Assembly (NCBI RefSeq): GCF_030684315.1
Contig: NC_081365.1
Coordinates: forward strand, 39,702,985-39,766,984
Reading direction: 5' to 3'
Length of the DNA stretch: 64,000 nt
Origin: Stegostoma tigrinum
Taxonomy: Eukaryota
Both the position numbers and the translations under genes were made by a program. Positions within the stretch are counted from its first letter, which is position 1. Every line of letters begins with the position of its first letter. Below the pieces are notes generated by a model. It was not told where the DNA came from. It worked only from the letters and a program-made list of their open reading frames with translations, and did no database searches. Positions 24,480-39,205 of this stretch are shown here, one piece after another.

Positions 24480-26640
24480 TGTTCATCTGGATGATGTTAT
24501 TTTGCCAGATTGTAACATTCCTGTCATTTGTTAGTGTTGTGGTATCCATTGTTGCTTCCCCATGAGACTCTGGATCCAATTGTCAATGAATGGTATTCCG
24601 TGTCAGTGGTGCATTAACATCTTGTTGATCTACCCCCTGCAGTTGGGCAGATATACTTGTAGTCACAATGGCACAGTTGATCATTCACATCTACTTTGTA
24701 TGTTTGGGATGACAACTGCTCCATGCAGATCCCAAGTTGGGCTCGCTTTTGCTGACAGCATTGAATGTTTGCATACTGACTGGCTTGCCAATACTTGGTT
24801 CAAACCTAAGTTGAAACAGCCTTGGCAAAATGAAATTTTGCTATTTTCTCACAATCACCCGTTACTATCTCTGGTTTCAGTAGCTTTTTTGCTATTAAAA
24901 AGATAGAGTAGAGTGATGTGCGCAGTGACTCCGTTTTTGTCCTGTCCTACTTTCCATGCCTTCAGGTGCTGCATTTCTCCAGCTGGGTACTGCCTTACAT
25001 CTTTGTGGGATTGATTCACCCTCAACTTTTCCATTTGATGGGGGAAACAGTGTGGAAGTGATGTACAGAGTTGAATTTCCCACTCATGAACACAGAGCCT
25101 TTGGTCACTCGTAACAATGTCAGGAAAGCCATAATGACTGACATGCACTTGGAGGCATTCAACAACCTCAGCAGCAGCTACTGAAGTAATCTGGTCTGCC
25201 TCCCAGCAATCATAGCAGAATCCGCTAATGACAAGACAAATCAGTTTCTTGGTGTGTAAAGAAATTTATACCCAGCTTCTTCCATGTCTGTGATGTCACA
25301 TATCATCAGCAGCTCACCAGCTTGCTCAATTTGGTATTTATGGTACGCTATACTGGCTGATGTGGCCCTCAATTTCATTGTTCATTTTTGGCCAGTAAAA
25401 AGGATCTCTCTTACCTTCCTCAGACTTCACTTATGTTCACTGGTGACTTGTATGGATGGGCTTTAGAACATAGAACAGTAGAGCATAGTACAGGCTCTAA
25501 GATCAGGCTACCTGTATCCCGTAGATTTTACTATCACCCATGTGCCTATCCTAGAGTCACTTAAATGTCCCTCATGTACCTGACAAGTACCATCTCTCCT
25601 TACAATTCCTTCAGAATAAATGGCTATTTTCTTTGTACAATATGCCATCTTCAGCTGTCAATTCATCTCAAAATGTACCTGTTGCTACATCAGGTACATG
25701 CTTAATGCTTCATGCCATCCCTTTATCATAGCTTCTTGCCACAGGTAGGATGAGAGATTTGCATCTTGTTAGATAGCTTGTTTGATTGGACTAAGGCTCC
25801 CACTTCTTATAACGAGTGTCTTGGTACGTCAACGATTGCTGATTGGTGTTGAATCTGGAAGATTTCATCTGTTGTAGCACCCTGCACGTGCTCTCGCCAA
25901 CACATCGACAATACGCAGTTTTCCTTACTTGTGTGCAACATTCAGATGGTAGCTCTGACGTTCTCTGCAGGTAGTTTGGAGCCGACAGCAGCAGCTAAGG
26001 AAAACACTTTGAAGTGACTCGTGGTCAGAGTCAAATGTCACTGACTCATCCAAATGTGAATTGTTGAAAATATTCAGAAGCCAAAGACAATGACTGAGCA
26101 TATCATTTGTTTATGGATGCAAATGCACCTAGTTGACCTTGCTGCATTCGGGCTGTTCCACGCCCTGTCTCCGTCACAACAGATCATGATATTTCAGCAC
26201 TGGTATTGCCATCACTAGGTTGCTTGATTTTAGTGAGAACTAATCCTTGTTCTGCACCCCAGTACAACCACATAGCCTTGGATGAGGTAGCATTATCGTT
26301 CACATCACGACGAAAAATAAAGAAAATCAAACAAATAATTTGCGAAAAAGTTGACAAATCCAACAAGTCATTAGCATGCTTTCACATCTATTGGTTGCTG
26401 CATAGTTGTGACAGCTCTCACCTTAAGACTTGGGCAAAGGTGAGGCATGCACACAAAGGTCTACGTAGTCGACTTCCAGCATCAATAGTGATCTTCCCTT
26501 CAACTTTCATGTTCACTTGGTGAGCTATCAGTCACACTAGGTTTTGATCGAGACCAATGACGGCTATTTCCATTGCCCTGCCGCATCCACAAAGTGAACT
26601 AGCGACTCCAGGTCGATCACAAACTCACGTTATCTGTGTT
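24480..26640 (-). mobile_element. Decayed Ty3/Gypsy pol (RNase H - integrase)
   Basis: SDHESLQSVF...YHLNVAHK*GKLRIVDVLARA (RNase H end), YGFPDIVTSD and TSTLFPPSNGKVE (integrase core). A short CR1 3' piece is nested at ~25463-25590. Confidence 0.75.
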
Positions 26641-26956
26641 TATATTTTTTGAGCACTAAGTGCCTAACATACACAACCACCTATATCACTTCAAGAGCAT
26701 CAGAACGTAGTTTTTAAAAAACCCTCTAACTTCACATGCCAGCAACCATCCTTGGCATGGCAAATCCAGAACCAGAATTAGGAGAAGCAAGTGATTGACG
26801 TAGCTGTAAAAAATGAAACTAGATATATTTACGTCTCCAAAGAATACTGGAGAGAGATGCTGTCAGTATTAGGTAGAAAATTTACTCAAGAGAGGAAATG
26901 TTCAACTGAGAGTAAAAATTCCACCCACAGCCCGAAGTTCAGGCTTGACATTCAAT

Positions 26957-27072
26957 GATAACAAAAGTGTGGGGCTGGATGAACACAGCAGGCCAAGCAG
27001 CATCTTAGGAGCACAAAAGCTGATGTTTCTTTCTGAGTGTTACTTTAGGATGAAGTGTCTAGGCCCAAACGT
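26957..27072. mobile_element. Degraded PLE terminus fragment
   Basis: gataacaaaagtgtggggctggatgaacacagcaggcc... followed by a decayed core gatgaagtgtctaggcccaaacgtt. Confidence 0.65.
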
Positions 27073-27208
27073 TGTTAATGAGAAATTTGTTTTAAAAACC
27101 ATATAGATTCCTCTGGCAGTAACAGTCATGGATGCTTGAGTTATCATTATACTTAAAAAAAAGTATGCAATCTAATCTGTTACATTTTAGGTGCTGATGT
27201 TACTTCAG

Positions 27209-27403
27209 ATAACAAGGTTTAGAGCTGGATGAACGCAGCAGGCAAGCTGACAGTTCGTGTCTGGACCCTTCTTCAGAATTCAGAAGGGTCCAGACCCGAA
27301 ACGTCAGCTTTCCTGCTCCTCTGATGCTGCTTGGCCTGCTGGGTTCATCCAGCTCTACACCTTGTCATCTCAGATTCTCCAACATTGGCAGTTCCTACCA
27401 TCT
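27209..27403. mobile_element. ORF-less palindromic PLE derivative
   Basis: Fold-back centre cccttcttcagaattc-agaaggg; both cores damaged. TSD ctgatgttacttcag (27194-27208) and ctgacattgcttcag (27404-27418). Confidence 0.8.
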
Positions 27404-27959
27404 CTGACATTGCTTCAGTCAGGCGTTCTGAAAATTGTATTAAATTATAAATTGTTACACGTTGTTGTGAAGGTTGTCCTTTATTCGTTTTTAAGAAAGC
27501 GGAATGAAATGAAAACTGTTTTCAAAAGGAGGGTTGAAAAGTTTGACCCAGTTTTGGAAGTAAATAATCTAACACCCATTGCAGGTAATTTTAACAACTG
27601 CTAGAACCAGCAGTAATTGAAGTTCAGATTCCTAAATGTGTGGAGGTGAGGGTACCTACTGATTCTGTTGGTTGCAGTTGCCAATGATTGGTCTCTTGCT
27701 TGCCAGCAACTGAGATTGGATCAAGGGTGGGTGAGCAACTTGGAGCTGGAAACAAGTTACAAAGAGCTACCATTCAGCAAAAAGTACAACTGACCAGTGA
27801 GAGACCCCAAACTGAGAGTCTCCTCCCAGCCCAGAAGCTACCTGTTCTCTGCAGACAAAAAAAAATTCATTTTAAACACTGAAAAACACTTACTTTTCCT
27901 ACAGCAGTTGCTGTGACTTTTAAATTGATAAATCAAGAGACATTTTCCAAATTATTTAT

Positions 27960-28325
27960 TTTTTAAAAAAATTGACAGACGTGGGATTGCTGGCTGGCCG
28001 GCATTTATTGCTTATACCTCGTTGCTCTTGAAGGTTGATCCAAAATGCCCATAGGGAAGAAATTGCAAGATTTGACCCAGCAACATTGAAGGAATGGTGA
28101 TACAATTCCAAGTCAGGATAGTGAGTACTTGGAGGAAAACTTGCAGGTAGTGATGCTCCCATGTATCTGCTTCTCTGTCCTTCTGGATTATAGCAGTCAG
28201 ACATTTGGAAGCTGCTTAAGTGATCTGTGAATTTCTGCAGTGTATCTCGACGATGATACATACTGCTACAAAGTGTTGATGGAGGAGGGAGTGGATGCTT
28301 GTGGGTGTGGCACCTATTAAGTGAG
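27960..28325 (-). mobile_element. 3' end of the same LINE family
   Basis: gcatttattgc tail; reverse complement of the 43300-43630 type sequence. Confidence 0.7.
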
Positions 28326-31300
28326 CTGAATTAGTTACTCTTTCTTGCAATCAAGTAGATGCACCCAGAGAAAAAGACAAAAGGTAACAGAACAACAAAA
28401 AAAAAATGCAGGCCTGGACAACTGAAGAATCATCAACATTGGAACCGGCAAGCAACAACCATGGCACCAGGATCCAATAGTCATGTAAATTGGGATAGTA
28501 TTCACACTATTTTAAAAAAAAACCTTAAATATTTAGTACAACTCCAGGAACAACAGGGCTTGATTTACAGTATGATACCCCCCATTGTTTAAAATGGACA
28601 GTGGCATGTTGCAATATCGGAACATTATTATATTTCTGTCCCTGCTGCCAAGGTGTAATTGAAGTTAGCTTGACGGTTACAGCTGAACATGTGTTAGTCT
28701 TATTTGGGGAAACAATAAATCACTCAGATTTCCCCAATGATCCCCTCACATTCTGACAACTCTCATAAGCAGTTATTTACTATAACTGAATAAGCATTCC
28801 GTCGAAGCCATTACCAGATTTATCTGAAATTCTGCGGCTTTAAATGTATAACACGAATCTTTGCAGATAAATTTATTAAAATTTATACAGAAGTGGAGGC
28901 ATGTCATATTAGGAAACTTGGCAATATACTTGGATTGGCAGCTACACAAATAACTCAGGTAGAAATACGCCCTACTCCATCAATGTTAACTGCTTACTAG
29001 CTTGCTGCTGCAAAGATAGGGCCCACGTTTACTCCTGAGAATTCTGTTGTGTTGAATTAATCCTTACTGTCAAGTTGCAGTTGTCTATTGGCACCCTACC
29101 TGAATACCCCACCCTGCCACAATACCAGCACAACACTGAAGGAAAACCTTCAACACCAAGGGGAAAGGAGCCCCATTAGCAATAATACACAAGATGGAAG
29201 CACCACATACAGCATATAATTGGTGGGTTCACATTTACTGAATTCAGGGATGTATAGCTGTCAATCGCTTCCAAATCATCAGGCACACAAAATTTATAAC
29301 TCCTGATTTTAAACGGCAGGCTGTGTTATTAAGAATTTAACTATACAACGTGGCGAGAGAGAACCACGCTCTCCTATTCATTAAGGTGCCAGTGTCAAAA
29401 GGAACAACAACAACACAAACGATGCTCTACCTCGGGCATTGCAAGAGGTAGCTACATTAATGAAATAGTCAGCAACTTTCTACAATCCTGGTTTTGCTTC
29501 CCCAGACTAGAACTGAAATAGTTGATCCAGAGAGGGAAAACAAGCAAACTGACTCTTTAAAAGCAATGTTTATATCAATATTGAAATTGCATATGGTAAG
29601 GAAAACAACAAAACACAGGCAAAATAATTGACAGATTCAGGAGCTGAGTCTATTATTAAAAGAGCAAAGATCTCAAGGTTTATAAACAAAATGTTGCAGT
29701 TTATATTTTCCAATTGGACATCAAATCTCTGCCTGAATAAGATGTTGGATCCTGAAAGCTTAAAGTTCTAAAATGGATGGATGGTCTGGAGCAAAGCACA
29801 CTTCAAATCATTTGAGAACATCATTCTAGAGTATGAAGTCTTCCTTGTCCCTAATATAATGCTTGTTGTTTATTGTTATTGTACAGTCAGCCTCATGAGC
29901 AACCCCACTGTAGCACTTCTCATACAATGTGTCAAAATGTTAAAACGTCCCATACAAGCTGAAAAGTCCCTAGAATCTGAACGATTTCAGAATTCCCCAG
30001 TGAACACTGCTTCATATGGGAGATGAGTAACCAATTTTATATTCCGATCAAGCAAAAAAAAACTCAACCAAAAACAAAATACTCTCGAATACATAACAAT
30101 CTGATCAAAATCAATGGAAAGAACATGATAAAACTAGCACCTCAGACATAAAATGAAGTGTCACTTGGAGAATTACCTAGTGTATTTCTCTAACAAACCA
30201 GAAATGCAGTGAGGATTGACCAACATGTTTTGTTTCAATCTCTACCACTGAAGATTTTTTTTAAAGTTAGCCACACTCAATCACACCCCAGTACAACAAT
30301 AATAAAAAACACTGGAAATGGAAATAAGCTCACTGGGAGGTGCATTCAGTTTTGTACCCATTCCTTTCAATGTCAGCACTTGGTGCTCTAAACCCTGGAC
30401 ACATCCTTAATCTTAGGGCTGAGACTGGAGGCAGATTTGATGAGGATCTTAACGGGGACTGCAGTTCTTTCAAATTCCCTCCAGCTAAATTCTGGCATCA
30501 CAGCAGAGTCTTGAAAAGCCCGATTGTGAGACTATATTGTGATTGTACTGTGCATTTCCTTAAGAACATTCTGGGCAAAACAAAATTAAAGATAAAGGGA
30601 GGAAAAGTTAAAAAAAAGTTTGAAAATCCATAAGTATCAAATACAACAATATCCTACAAACAGCAACAACAACGACCAGGACAAGGTTTGTAAAGAGTAA
30701 CTATTAACTATGACACTAAGCACTCCCATGCTTCAACATAAAGTCATCCACAGGATGTACACATAGCTGGCAAGGCCAGCAGTTACTGCCCATCATTCTT
30801 TCCACAATGCCAGGGGATCTTTAATGCCCACTTGCAGGGGCATTTGGGACCTCAGTTTACTATCTCAACTGAAAGACCAACTCCTCCTTCAGTACATGTA
30901 TTCAGGATTCAGTTCATTAAGGTCACTGGTTCTGATGGAATTGTGCACAAAGGAAGTGGCTTTTTTTTTTCATTAAATCCACAAAGTATATCATCTTATT
31001 GAGCCAGAACCTTCTCACTTCCTCACAAACAAAATCAACCCCACACACATTCAATACTAACTGAAAAACCCATATTCAGGTCGAAATCATTTACGTTGCA
31101 CCTCACTTCCCACTCCATAATGAAACATTCAACCCAACTACTACCCATCTTCCATCTTGATGCACTAAATGGTCAAGCCTTCCAGAGATGAGCTCCCAGT
31201 GGGCATCCTTTGGATCAGAGAATAGGAAAGATGGGGAGTCACGGCTGAACGACAGGCTTTCAATTATCATGTTGAGGTCCCTGCTAAACAGGTTAAGGAT

Positions 31301-32249
31301 TGCCAGGCCATTGCTCAGACAACCTCCGCCACTGGAGCCCCAGCACAAACTTGAACTTGTGGAGATACATAAGCAACACTACACATTACAGGCAATGTCC
31401 CCCTCAATAGACTAAATCCACACCCTTATGCACATAGGACAATTTATTATACACTGTTCTGATAAAGGTTTTTGAAATGTAAAGCAAACAGCCACGTGAT
31501 GCTTGTGACAGTAGTCAGAGAAGTAGATCTCCAGATCTTTGCACTTGTTAGTTCAATTCTGGCTTCAGTCCACAAGCCAACATGGGCTCATGTTACTGTG
31601 TGGAAAGAACTTGCCATCATTTAGATTTTACTGTAGCTCATTTCACCAGCACTTACAATTGAGTCAAGTAATGAGCAAGGGTGGCCAAGCAGTTACTGGG
31701 ATTCAGTATTTCCAATTAACTACACAATTAAGCACTTACATTAGGAGTGTGGTTCCCATTTCAAATAAGGGTATGTAGACACCACATCGATTTTAAACAA
31801 GTTTAGCATAATTAAAGTTGTATTCTTGATCAAAATGTTATCTGACTAACAAGAAATAGACAATAAAAACAAACCCAATATATTCGCAATGACACTGTTT
31901 CCAGCAAGTTTAGACTGTTTTGTTTTATAAGAAAAACAATTTAAACTGACAATTATAGATGGGTATAAATAGAATTCATTTCAATCTTGGGAGGCGGCCA
32001 ACTGGCCAGCTCTTCATCCCAGTTCCATTTCCCTGTCCTTTGTCTGTGAGTTACTACATTCAGCCTTTTCAAATATTTTCCAATTCCACTTTAAAGTGTC
32101 ATTGAGGCAAGGATCATAATGTCAACTTCTAGTAAAGCATTCCAGTTTTGAATAACCTTTACTTCCCCCAACTTTCCTTATCTACCCTCTGGTCAGAACC
32201 TTGAGCATATGCCTCTTGTAAGTAGTCAATCCACTGGAAGAAACTTCTT

Positions 32250-33075
32250 CAGAGTCATAGATTCATACAGCATGGATGCAAAGATCTTTCGGTCCAACCA
32301 GTCCACACTGACCACGTTCCCAAACTAACCTAGTCCCACTGGCTTGTGTTTGGCCTATATCCCTCCAAATCTTTCCCATTCATGTAATTATCAGAAATTT
32401 GTTTAAAACACTAACTGTACATCCATACATCACTTCCTCTGGCAGATCATTCCACACAAACCGCTCTGAAAAAGGTCCCTCATGTCCTCTTTCTCCTGTC
32501 GCCTGAAAAATATGCCCACCCCAGTTTTGAACTCCCCACTAAGGGAAAAGACACTGACCTTATCTATGCCCTGCATGTTTTTAATAAACCTTAAGATCGA
32601 TCCTCAACCTCTTCTTACACTGCAGTGAAAGTACCAGTCTATTTTTAGATCTTAAGCCCTCCATTCCTGGCAACGTCCTGGCAAATATTTTCCAACCCTT
32701 CTGCAGTTTGATAGCAACCTTCCCATTACTAGGCGGCCAGAATTAAACACGGTATTCCAGAAGAGGCTTCACCTAGGTCCTGCACAACATCAACATAACA
32801 TTCCAACTCCTATACTCAACTATCTGAGCAATAAAAGCAAGCATGCTAAATGCCTGAACTACCCTGTCTAGCAATGACTCAAATTTCAAAAGAGTTACGT
32901 ACCCGATCCTTAAGTCTTGTTATTCTACAACACCATTCAGAGCCCTACCATTAATTGTATGAGTACTGTCCTCGTTTGTATTACCAAAATGCAATACTGC
33001 ACATTTAACAAAATTAAACTCCACCTACCACTCCTCAGTCCATTAGTACAACTGATCAAGATCTCTAATCTTATT
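32250..33075 (-). mobile_element. Degraded CR1 LINE 3' part
   Basis: Similar to the 19766-20395 element; agtcatag-type tail. Confidence 0.7.
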
Positions 33076-34029
33076 TCATATTTACTCCCCCAAAATCTAT
33101 CATAATTCAAAAACAAAAGCAGTGCTATTGGATCCATTCAAATCCTTTGTTCCTGCAGTTAAGAAAAGGTCAATATTCATGCCTCAACAATAACCACCTA
33201 TAATTTCAAAGGAATCTGAATGGCTTTGTACTTCAAATCATTCCAAAATCCTCCTGATAATAGGGGTCCCCAGAACTGTGCATAATACTGCACAAATTTT
33301 ATAATATTTGTTGCATACAAATACAAAATAAGTGCCTTTCATACATTTAATGTTTCCAGAGTTGAAACAAAATACCCCTGGCTTTTCATGGCCTATTCTT
33401 TGAGTAAAAATGCAAAGGTCTATATATTTAGCCATGTTGATGCATCAGATTGGACCATTTAAGATACAAATCTTTTCATGGGTCTTACAGTCAATATGGC
33501 ATTCATTCCACAAAAGAAGTTGCATCTTCCAACCATGGCACAGCAATCAGGCTTTACATATAATCTAATCTGATCCTGTGTCTAAGAACCTTGTACAACA
33601 TAAATAGGTATGGCATGATCAGTCAATGGAAGTGTGCCAACACATACTAAACTGGGTGCAAACACTTGTTAATGGTAGAGAAACCGCACTCTCAAGAGGA
33701 AGGTTACACCACTCTAAAGTCAACCAAATACTTCACAAAATTTCGGGGTGGGGGGGCAAGAGATGGGGGATGATCCTAGGTCATAGATTGTGGTCTATCA
33801 CCCACATCCTTGGAAACAAATTAGCATGGGGAGAATGGGTGGGTGCGGGCAGAAAAGGGAATCATTTTTAGCAATGACATGTTAGCGATAATGATAATGA
33901 TCGCATTATCAATTTCTGAGGAGCTACTGATTAACTCTATTTTAGTGACTTAAAAACAGGACAACAAATAAGTTAAACAGACATTGCAGCAAGCCAACTG
34001 ATTGGCTTTGTCCTGTTAGATGCAAAAAA

Positions 34030-35505
34030 CTGTCGGCTGGACTCACTGTGGTTTTTGGCAGTGATGAGCTGCCTTCTTGAATGACTGAAATCCATGTGCT
34101 GGTGGACCTGCAATGCTTACAGGGTGGGGAGTTCCAGAATTCTGATCCTGTTACAGTGAAGGAATGGCAATACATTTCAAAGTCAGGATAGTGAGTGGCT
34201 TGAAGGGGTGCTTGAGGCAAGTGATGGCGTTCCCACATATCTTTAAATGTCATTAGTTCTGGGTTTGAAATGTGCTGTCTTTGGATCTCTGGTGAATTCC
34301 TACAGTGCACTTTGCAGCCGAGTGAACTTTTCTGATGCCAAACAGGCAGGCTGTTTTGACCCGGATGATGTCAAGTTTTGATTGTTGCTGGAGCTGCTTT
34401 TATCGAGGTAATGGAACACCTCTCCTGTCCAAACTGTGCCTTGATGATGGACAGGTTTTGGGGAGCCAGGAGGAGAGTCGCTCACTGCAGGATTCCTATA
34501 CCTTCTGACTTACACTTGAGTGCATAGTATTTATAAGGCAAGTCCAGTTCAGTTTCTGGTAACCTCTCAGTGTTACTTGTGGGGGAAATCTAGTGATGGT
34601 AATATCATCGAATGTCAAGAGGTGGAGGTTAATTTCTCTCCTGTTGACAAATAGTCATTGCCTGGCTTGTGGCACAAGTGGTACATGCTACTTCTCAGTC
34701 CAAACCTGAACACTGTGCAGCCTTTTTGCATTGGGACTCAGAACATTTCTGTATTTGAGGAGTCACAAATGGCATTGAATATCATGCAATCCTCAGCAAC
34801 CATTTCTACTTTTGACGTTACGTTGGAGGGAAGGGCATGGATGAAGCAGCTGAAGATGGTTGTATTTAGAGTATTATACTGACAACTATGGGGCTCTTGG
34901 GGTGCAGAAATAGCATCTCTACCTTTGAATCTGGAGACCCAATTTCAAGAGTCACCTGTTCCAAAGTTGTATAACAACAACTCAAGAGGCTGATTAGAAA
35001 ATACCTGTAACCGAGAAACTCCTGTAAGGATATCCTGGAACTGAAATGACAGGCCTCTCTTACTTTGCCAGGTGCCATTTCACCAGTGGAAAGCTTTGTC
35101 CAATTCCCATTGACTTCAGTTCTAATCAAACTCCTATCGGCAAAGGCAGCTGCTCTGATCACACTTCTGCCTCTGTTCAAACTAAGCTTGACACCATCCA
35201 GGCTAGAACAACCTGCTGTAACGAGGAGCCCAGTAGCCCTGGTACTAGAGCCCAAAATGAGCAGTGAACAGGTTATTTCTAAGCAAGTGCTGCCTGATAG
35301 GACTGATGATCCCTTTTACCACTTCATTGCTGAGTAGATAGATGGTCCAGCAATGTGTGTCAAATTTATCCTTTTTGTGTAGAGGATATACCTGGACAAA
35401 TTTACCACATTCTGAGATAGATGCCAGCATTGTGGCTGCACTAGGACAACTTGTCTAGGGACACAGCAAGTTCTGCAGCATGAGCCCTCAGTACAATTGG
35501 TAGAA
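34030..35505 (-). mobile_element. Degraded copy of the same LINE family
   Basis: Reverse-complement similarity to the RT and 3' region of 41500-43550 (HKKDK.., IISPIRQHLLRNNLFTAHFG). Confidence 0.65.
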
Positions 35506-36094
35506 CACGTTAGGTTTATATCCTTGGTTTTAGATAACCCACTTTTTCCTCTTCAAAATAAAAAAGTATATGCTTAGCTTTTACTCGAACTGTTTAAGCT
35601 TGATGGACCTCACCAGGACAACAGTTCCCATTCCTGTTCACATGGGAATCTTAACAGTTTAATGCTCAATTGTTCATCATGAATTGATGAATTCCCTGCA
35701 CTGCTCTAGTTAAATGTCGTAAAACATAAGTTACGAAGCAGTCAAATCATGTAAATTATCTGATCGCTGTAACTGCAGCTTGTAGCAAAAGCAGACCAAC
35801 AGCCAGGCAGAGTCACATCAATATATGGAGCCCTTAGGAGGTGAATCCTCTTAAAAGGAAAGCTTCACAGAGGTTTCCCTTGTGTGAATCCAATTAAGGT
35901 GTTAGTGGTAAAGGACATAGAAGGTAAAGAAGAATAATTTCTCACACAGAGTTTTAAATGGTGAGAAGATAGATTAGCAAATATGCTGGCAATAATGACA
36001 GTGAAAAAGATACTTTATAACAATACAGACTGGGAAAAAACATTGCTAAGAGTAGGCTTGAAAAAAAATGATGTCCACTGAACCTAATCAGTCA

Positions 36095-36310
36095 AAATGA
36101 TTCCAATTCACTAAGGGAGGTAGCAAGTTTGGATCTGGCCTTGTGAAATAAAGTAAGGCAAGTGGGGGATGTTTAATTAGGAGAACATCCAGCTAATAGT
36201 GATCACAGTGCAATTCAGTTTAAAGTAATCAGGGAGACAGACCAGGACATATCACTGGTAAATGTGGTCAAATGGAACAAGCTCATTTCAGTGGTTTAAG
36301 GTGGTACATA
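36095..36310 (+). mobile_element. CR1 endonuclease remnant
   Basis: LDL....GQV....GEH..NSDH-like trace (gctaatagtgatcac). Confidence 0.5.
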
Positions 36311-36443
36311 ATTTAGAAAAGAATTGCAAGATAAAGCACTGACGAAGTAACGGAGGGTAAACATGAAAGGCATCTTTCCAGTATAAGCTAAGTGTATTCC
36401 TTAAAAAGGTAGATTAGATCATCTAAAAACGTAGGTAATATTT

Positions 36444-36565
36444 TGGGTCGTGACGCCGAAACACTAACTGTTTTTCCCTTCACAGATGCTGTCAGACCTG
36501 CTGAGCTTTTCCAGCAACTTTGCTTTTGTTCCTGATTTACAGCATCCAATGTTCTTTTGGTTTTT
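36444..36565 (+). mobile_element. PLE terminus fragment (family 2)
   Basis: Matches the right arm of the 19261-19552 element plus the tail. Confidence 0.7.
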
Positions 36566-39082
36566 AAAAACCTGGGTGGCTGGGAACGAAAGTAACTATT
36601 GAAATAAGACAAAATTTCATTTTGGACAATTGTCAACTATTTTTGTTTTTTTTTTCCCCCCAGTCTTCCGTAAAGTTTAGAAAAGCATTTCACAGAAGCA
36701 TTACAAAGTTAAATTAGGCACCGAAGAAAGGACTTGGGTACATAACTTGATTGACAAGGTTGGCTTTAACAAAGAAGACAGGCAGAGATTTAGGGATGAG
36801 GCTTCCTAATTGAAAGGCAGGATAGGTCTGAAAACCTGAGTGGTCAGCTGCTACATTGCTATTACCCCAAATCGCTTTCAAGCCAAGAAAATTTGAGGGT
36901 TAAAAATCTACAAATAATTAACAACTGAAGGGCTGTGAAGAATGAATGGAAACAAAATTTCAGAACTCCAGCTTGGTCTTTAAATCTTACAAAGTGGATA
37001 CAATCTTTGGGCCGAAGCGATGGAATAATTTTGCCAGTATGACAGTGTTCATTTGGAATAGAAGAATCAGCACAACACGTGCAGGAGAAGGCAGATCAAT
37101 GTCAAAAACAAAGCAGGAACAGTACAGTTGGAGGCAGCAAGAAAGCTCCTATCAGATAGTGGGAGAAACTTAGGACAATCCTTTTTAAAGCAGCTTCTGA
37201 ACTCCACAGTGGACCAGTGGGAAATAGCCAAACTGAAAAACACCTCATCGACTATCAAGTGCCAGATTGTATAGGTTCTCTATCTTGGCAAAGTGCAATG
37301 GAAGATAACTATTCAATTTAAAACAAATGAGTCTTGAAAAACACTGGGGCTGGGAAGGGGGTTTAAACCCATCCACAAGGGGCCTGCAGCTGATGAGAAC
37401 CTAGTTGGGTAGGTCTGCTTGACGCAGAGCTTGCTTCCTGTCAGGAGAGAGCAACTGCCAGGCACCTAACACAATTCTTCTTCTCTCTCCACCACCACCC
37501 CACCCCCCCAACCCGCTTCCCTGCTGAAACCTGGAGGAGAAAATCCAAATTAGTCTCCTTTAATTGCTTTGTGGCCCTTAATAAGCCATTCCATGACAAG
37601 GGCTGTATGGAGGCAGGGAAATGTTACACCAGGCAAGCTATTTTTGACTCCCATTGTTAGTAGACTATAGCGTAGGAAGGGGAAGGGATTAGGTGGCTTC
37701 AAAATCAAGCCCTTAGTTTTTCCACGTAGGAGGGGGCACAAATAATTATAAAAAGAGCGAAGGCCAACTGTTATGCCAGATTTTATTTCATTTCAGCATT
37801 AAATGCATAATGCTATTTGACGTGAGATAACAATGTTGTTACAAGATCATTACTGAAATTTTCCTCTGTGTCATCAGGACTACCATTTGAGTAGTCAAAA
37901 AAATAAAGTTATGAAAAGATGGACTGGAATATTTTAGGTCGTGACTTAGGCCAATGCTGGTATAATATATTTTACAAGTCTAGTAATAAAATGTTTTTTC
38001 TAAAAACCTAACCTCAGGATCAAGGTATCAGAAAGCATTTCATATCCAATTAAGCCTAAGGCATAATCATGGTTTTGTACACAATCAATGTTCCCAAAAC
38101 AGAATATGGGACAAACAACAACTTAATCTGTTTTTTCAAAGGTGTTTGTTAGGGGAAAAAACACAAGTAAAGACACTGAAAGAACTATCAACACTTTAGA
38201 TACCATCATTGAATATTTCACATTCACACAAGACAGTAACTCAATTTAACATCTCAAACATCTATAAAATTCAAAGAATAGCACCTAAGTGTCAACAGCT
38301 GACATGCTTAATTCCTGGAACAGAGTTTGGAATTACAATCTCTTGACGCAGACAAAAATGATACTAAACAACTAGAAAAGAAAGATAGTATTGTGTCCCT
38401 TTACAATCCATTCTTTGTATGCTGTAAGTAAGATCAAAGTTTCAAATACTAGTAATGATTATGCCTATATCAGGCATCAAAATGTTTATCCTGAAACTGC
38501 ACACAGTTTGACAGTGCAGAGTTGATTTTACTTACCCAATGTATATTTCACCAGATTCAGAAATCAGGCATTTTGCACTTCAACTGTTAATCATTATGCA
38601 GAATCCACATGCATTTTACGATTTGCAATTCTCACGAAGGATCAAGGATAGTCAGGGTACTAAAACCAACAGTGCTCAGTGGGAAAGGAAAACTAACTTG
38701 GAACTGTCTTGCATGTTATAGGATTCTTAGCAGTATCGCAATTCAACCCTAAGGCCAGTTATGTACTTTCATAAATCGTACAGAACCTTGATTAGGCACT
38801 ATGTCAACAGGTTTGCACTTTGCCAGGATTGCATGCACATACCTCAAAAAAAAGTTCTAACCAATTATAGTTTAATGCAAATTAGAATTGCCAAGTTCAG
38901 AAAAGCAGCAGCTCCTCTTGATCGTTATTCTTCAAACTTAGAAGATTTTCAACCCTGTTAGTTATTTTGAAAAATCTGGAATTAAACAAAACAGATAGCA
39001 ACAGATCTCATTCCTTGATTGGTAGCATTTTTGTTTTCAATCACAGTGGGTCAGGTTGCATCCATGGAAAGAAAGCAAGCAG

Positions 39083-39205
39083 AGCTCTGAAGAAGTCAGA
39101 CTCGAAACATTAGCTTGGTTTCTCTCCACTAGTGCTGCCTGACTTGCTGCAATTGCCAGCATTTTGTTTCAGTTCAGATTTCAGAACCTGCAGTAATTTG
39201 TTTCT
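39083..39205 (+). mobile_element. PLE terminus fragment (third family) with hammerhead-like core at 39087-39111
   Basis: AGCU-CUGAAGA-AGUCAGACUC-GAAACAUU-AGCU, followed by sequence resembling the family 2 terminus. Confidence 0.6.

Noticed and set aside
37330-37740. GC-richer patch, with similar patches at ~9320-9630, 55550-55610 and 62880-63060
   Set aside because: Probably old interspersed repeats, but I could not define termini or a family from the sequence alone.
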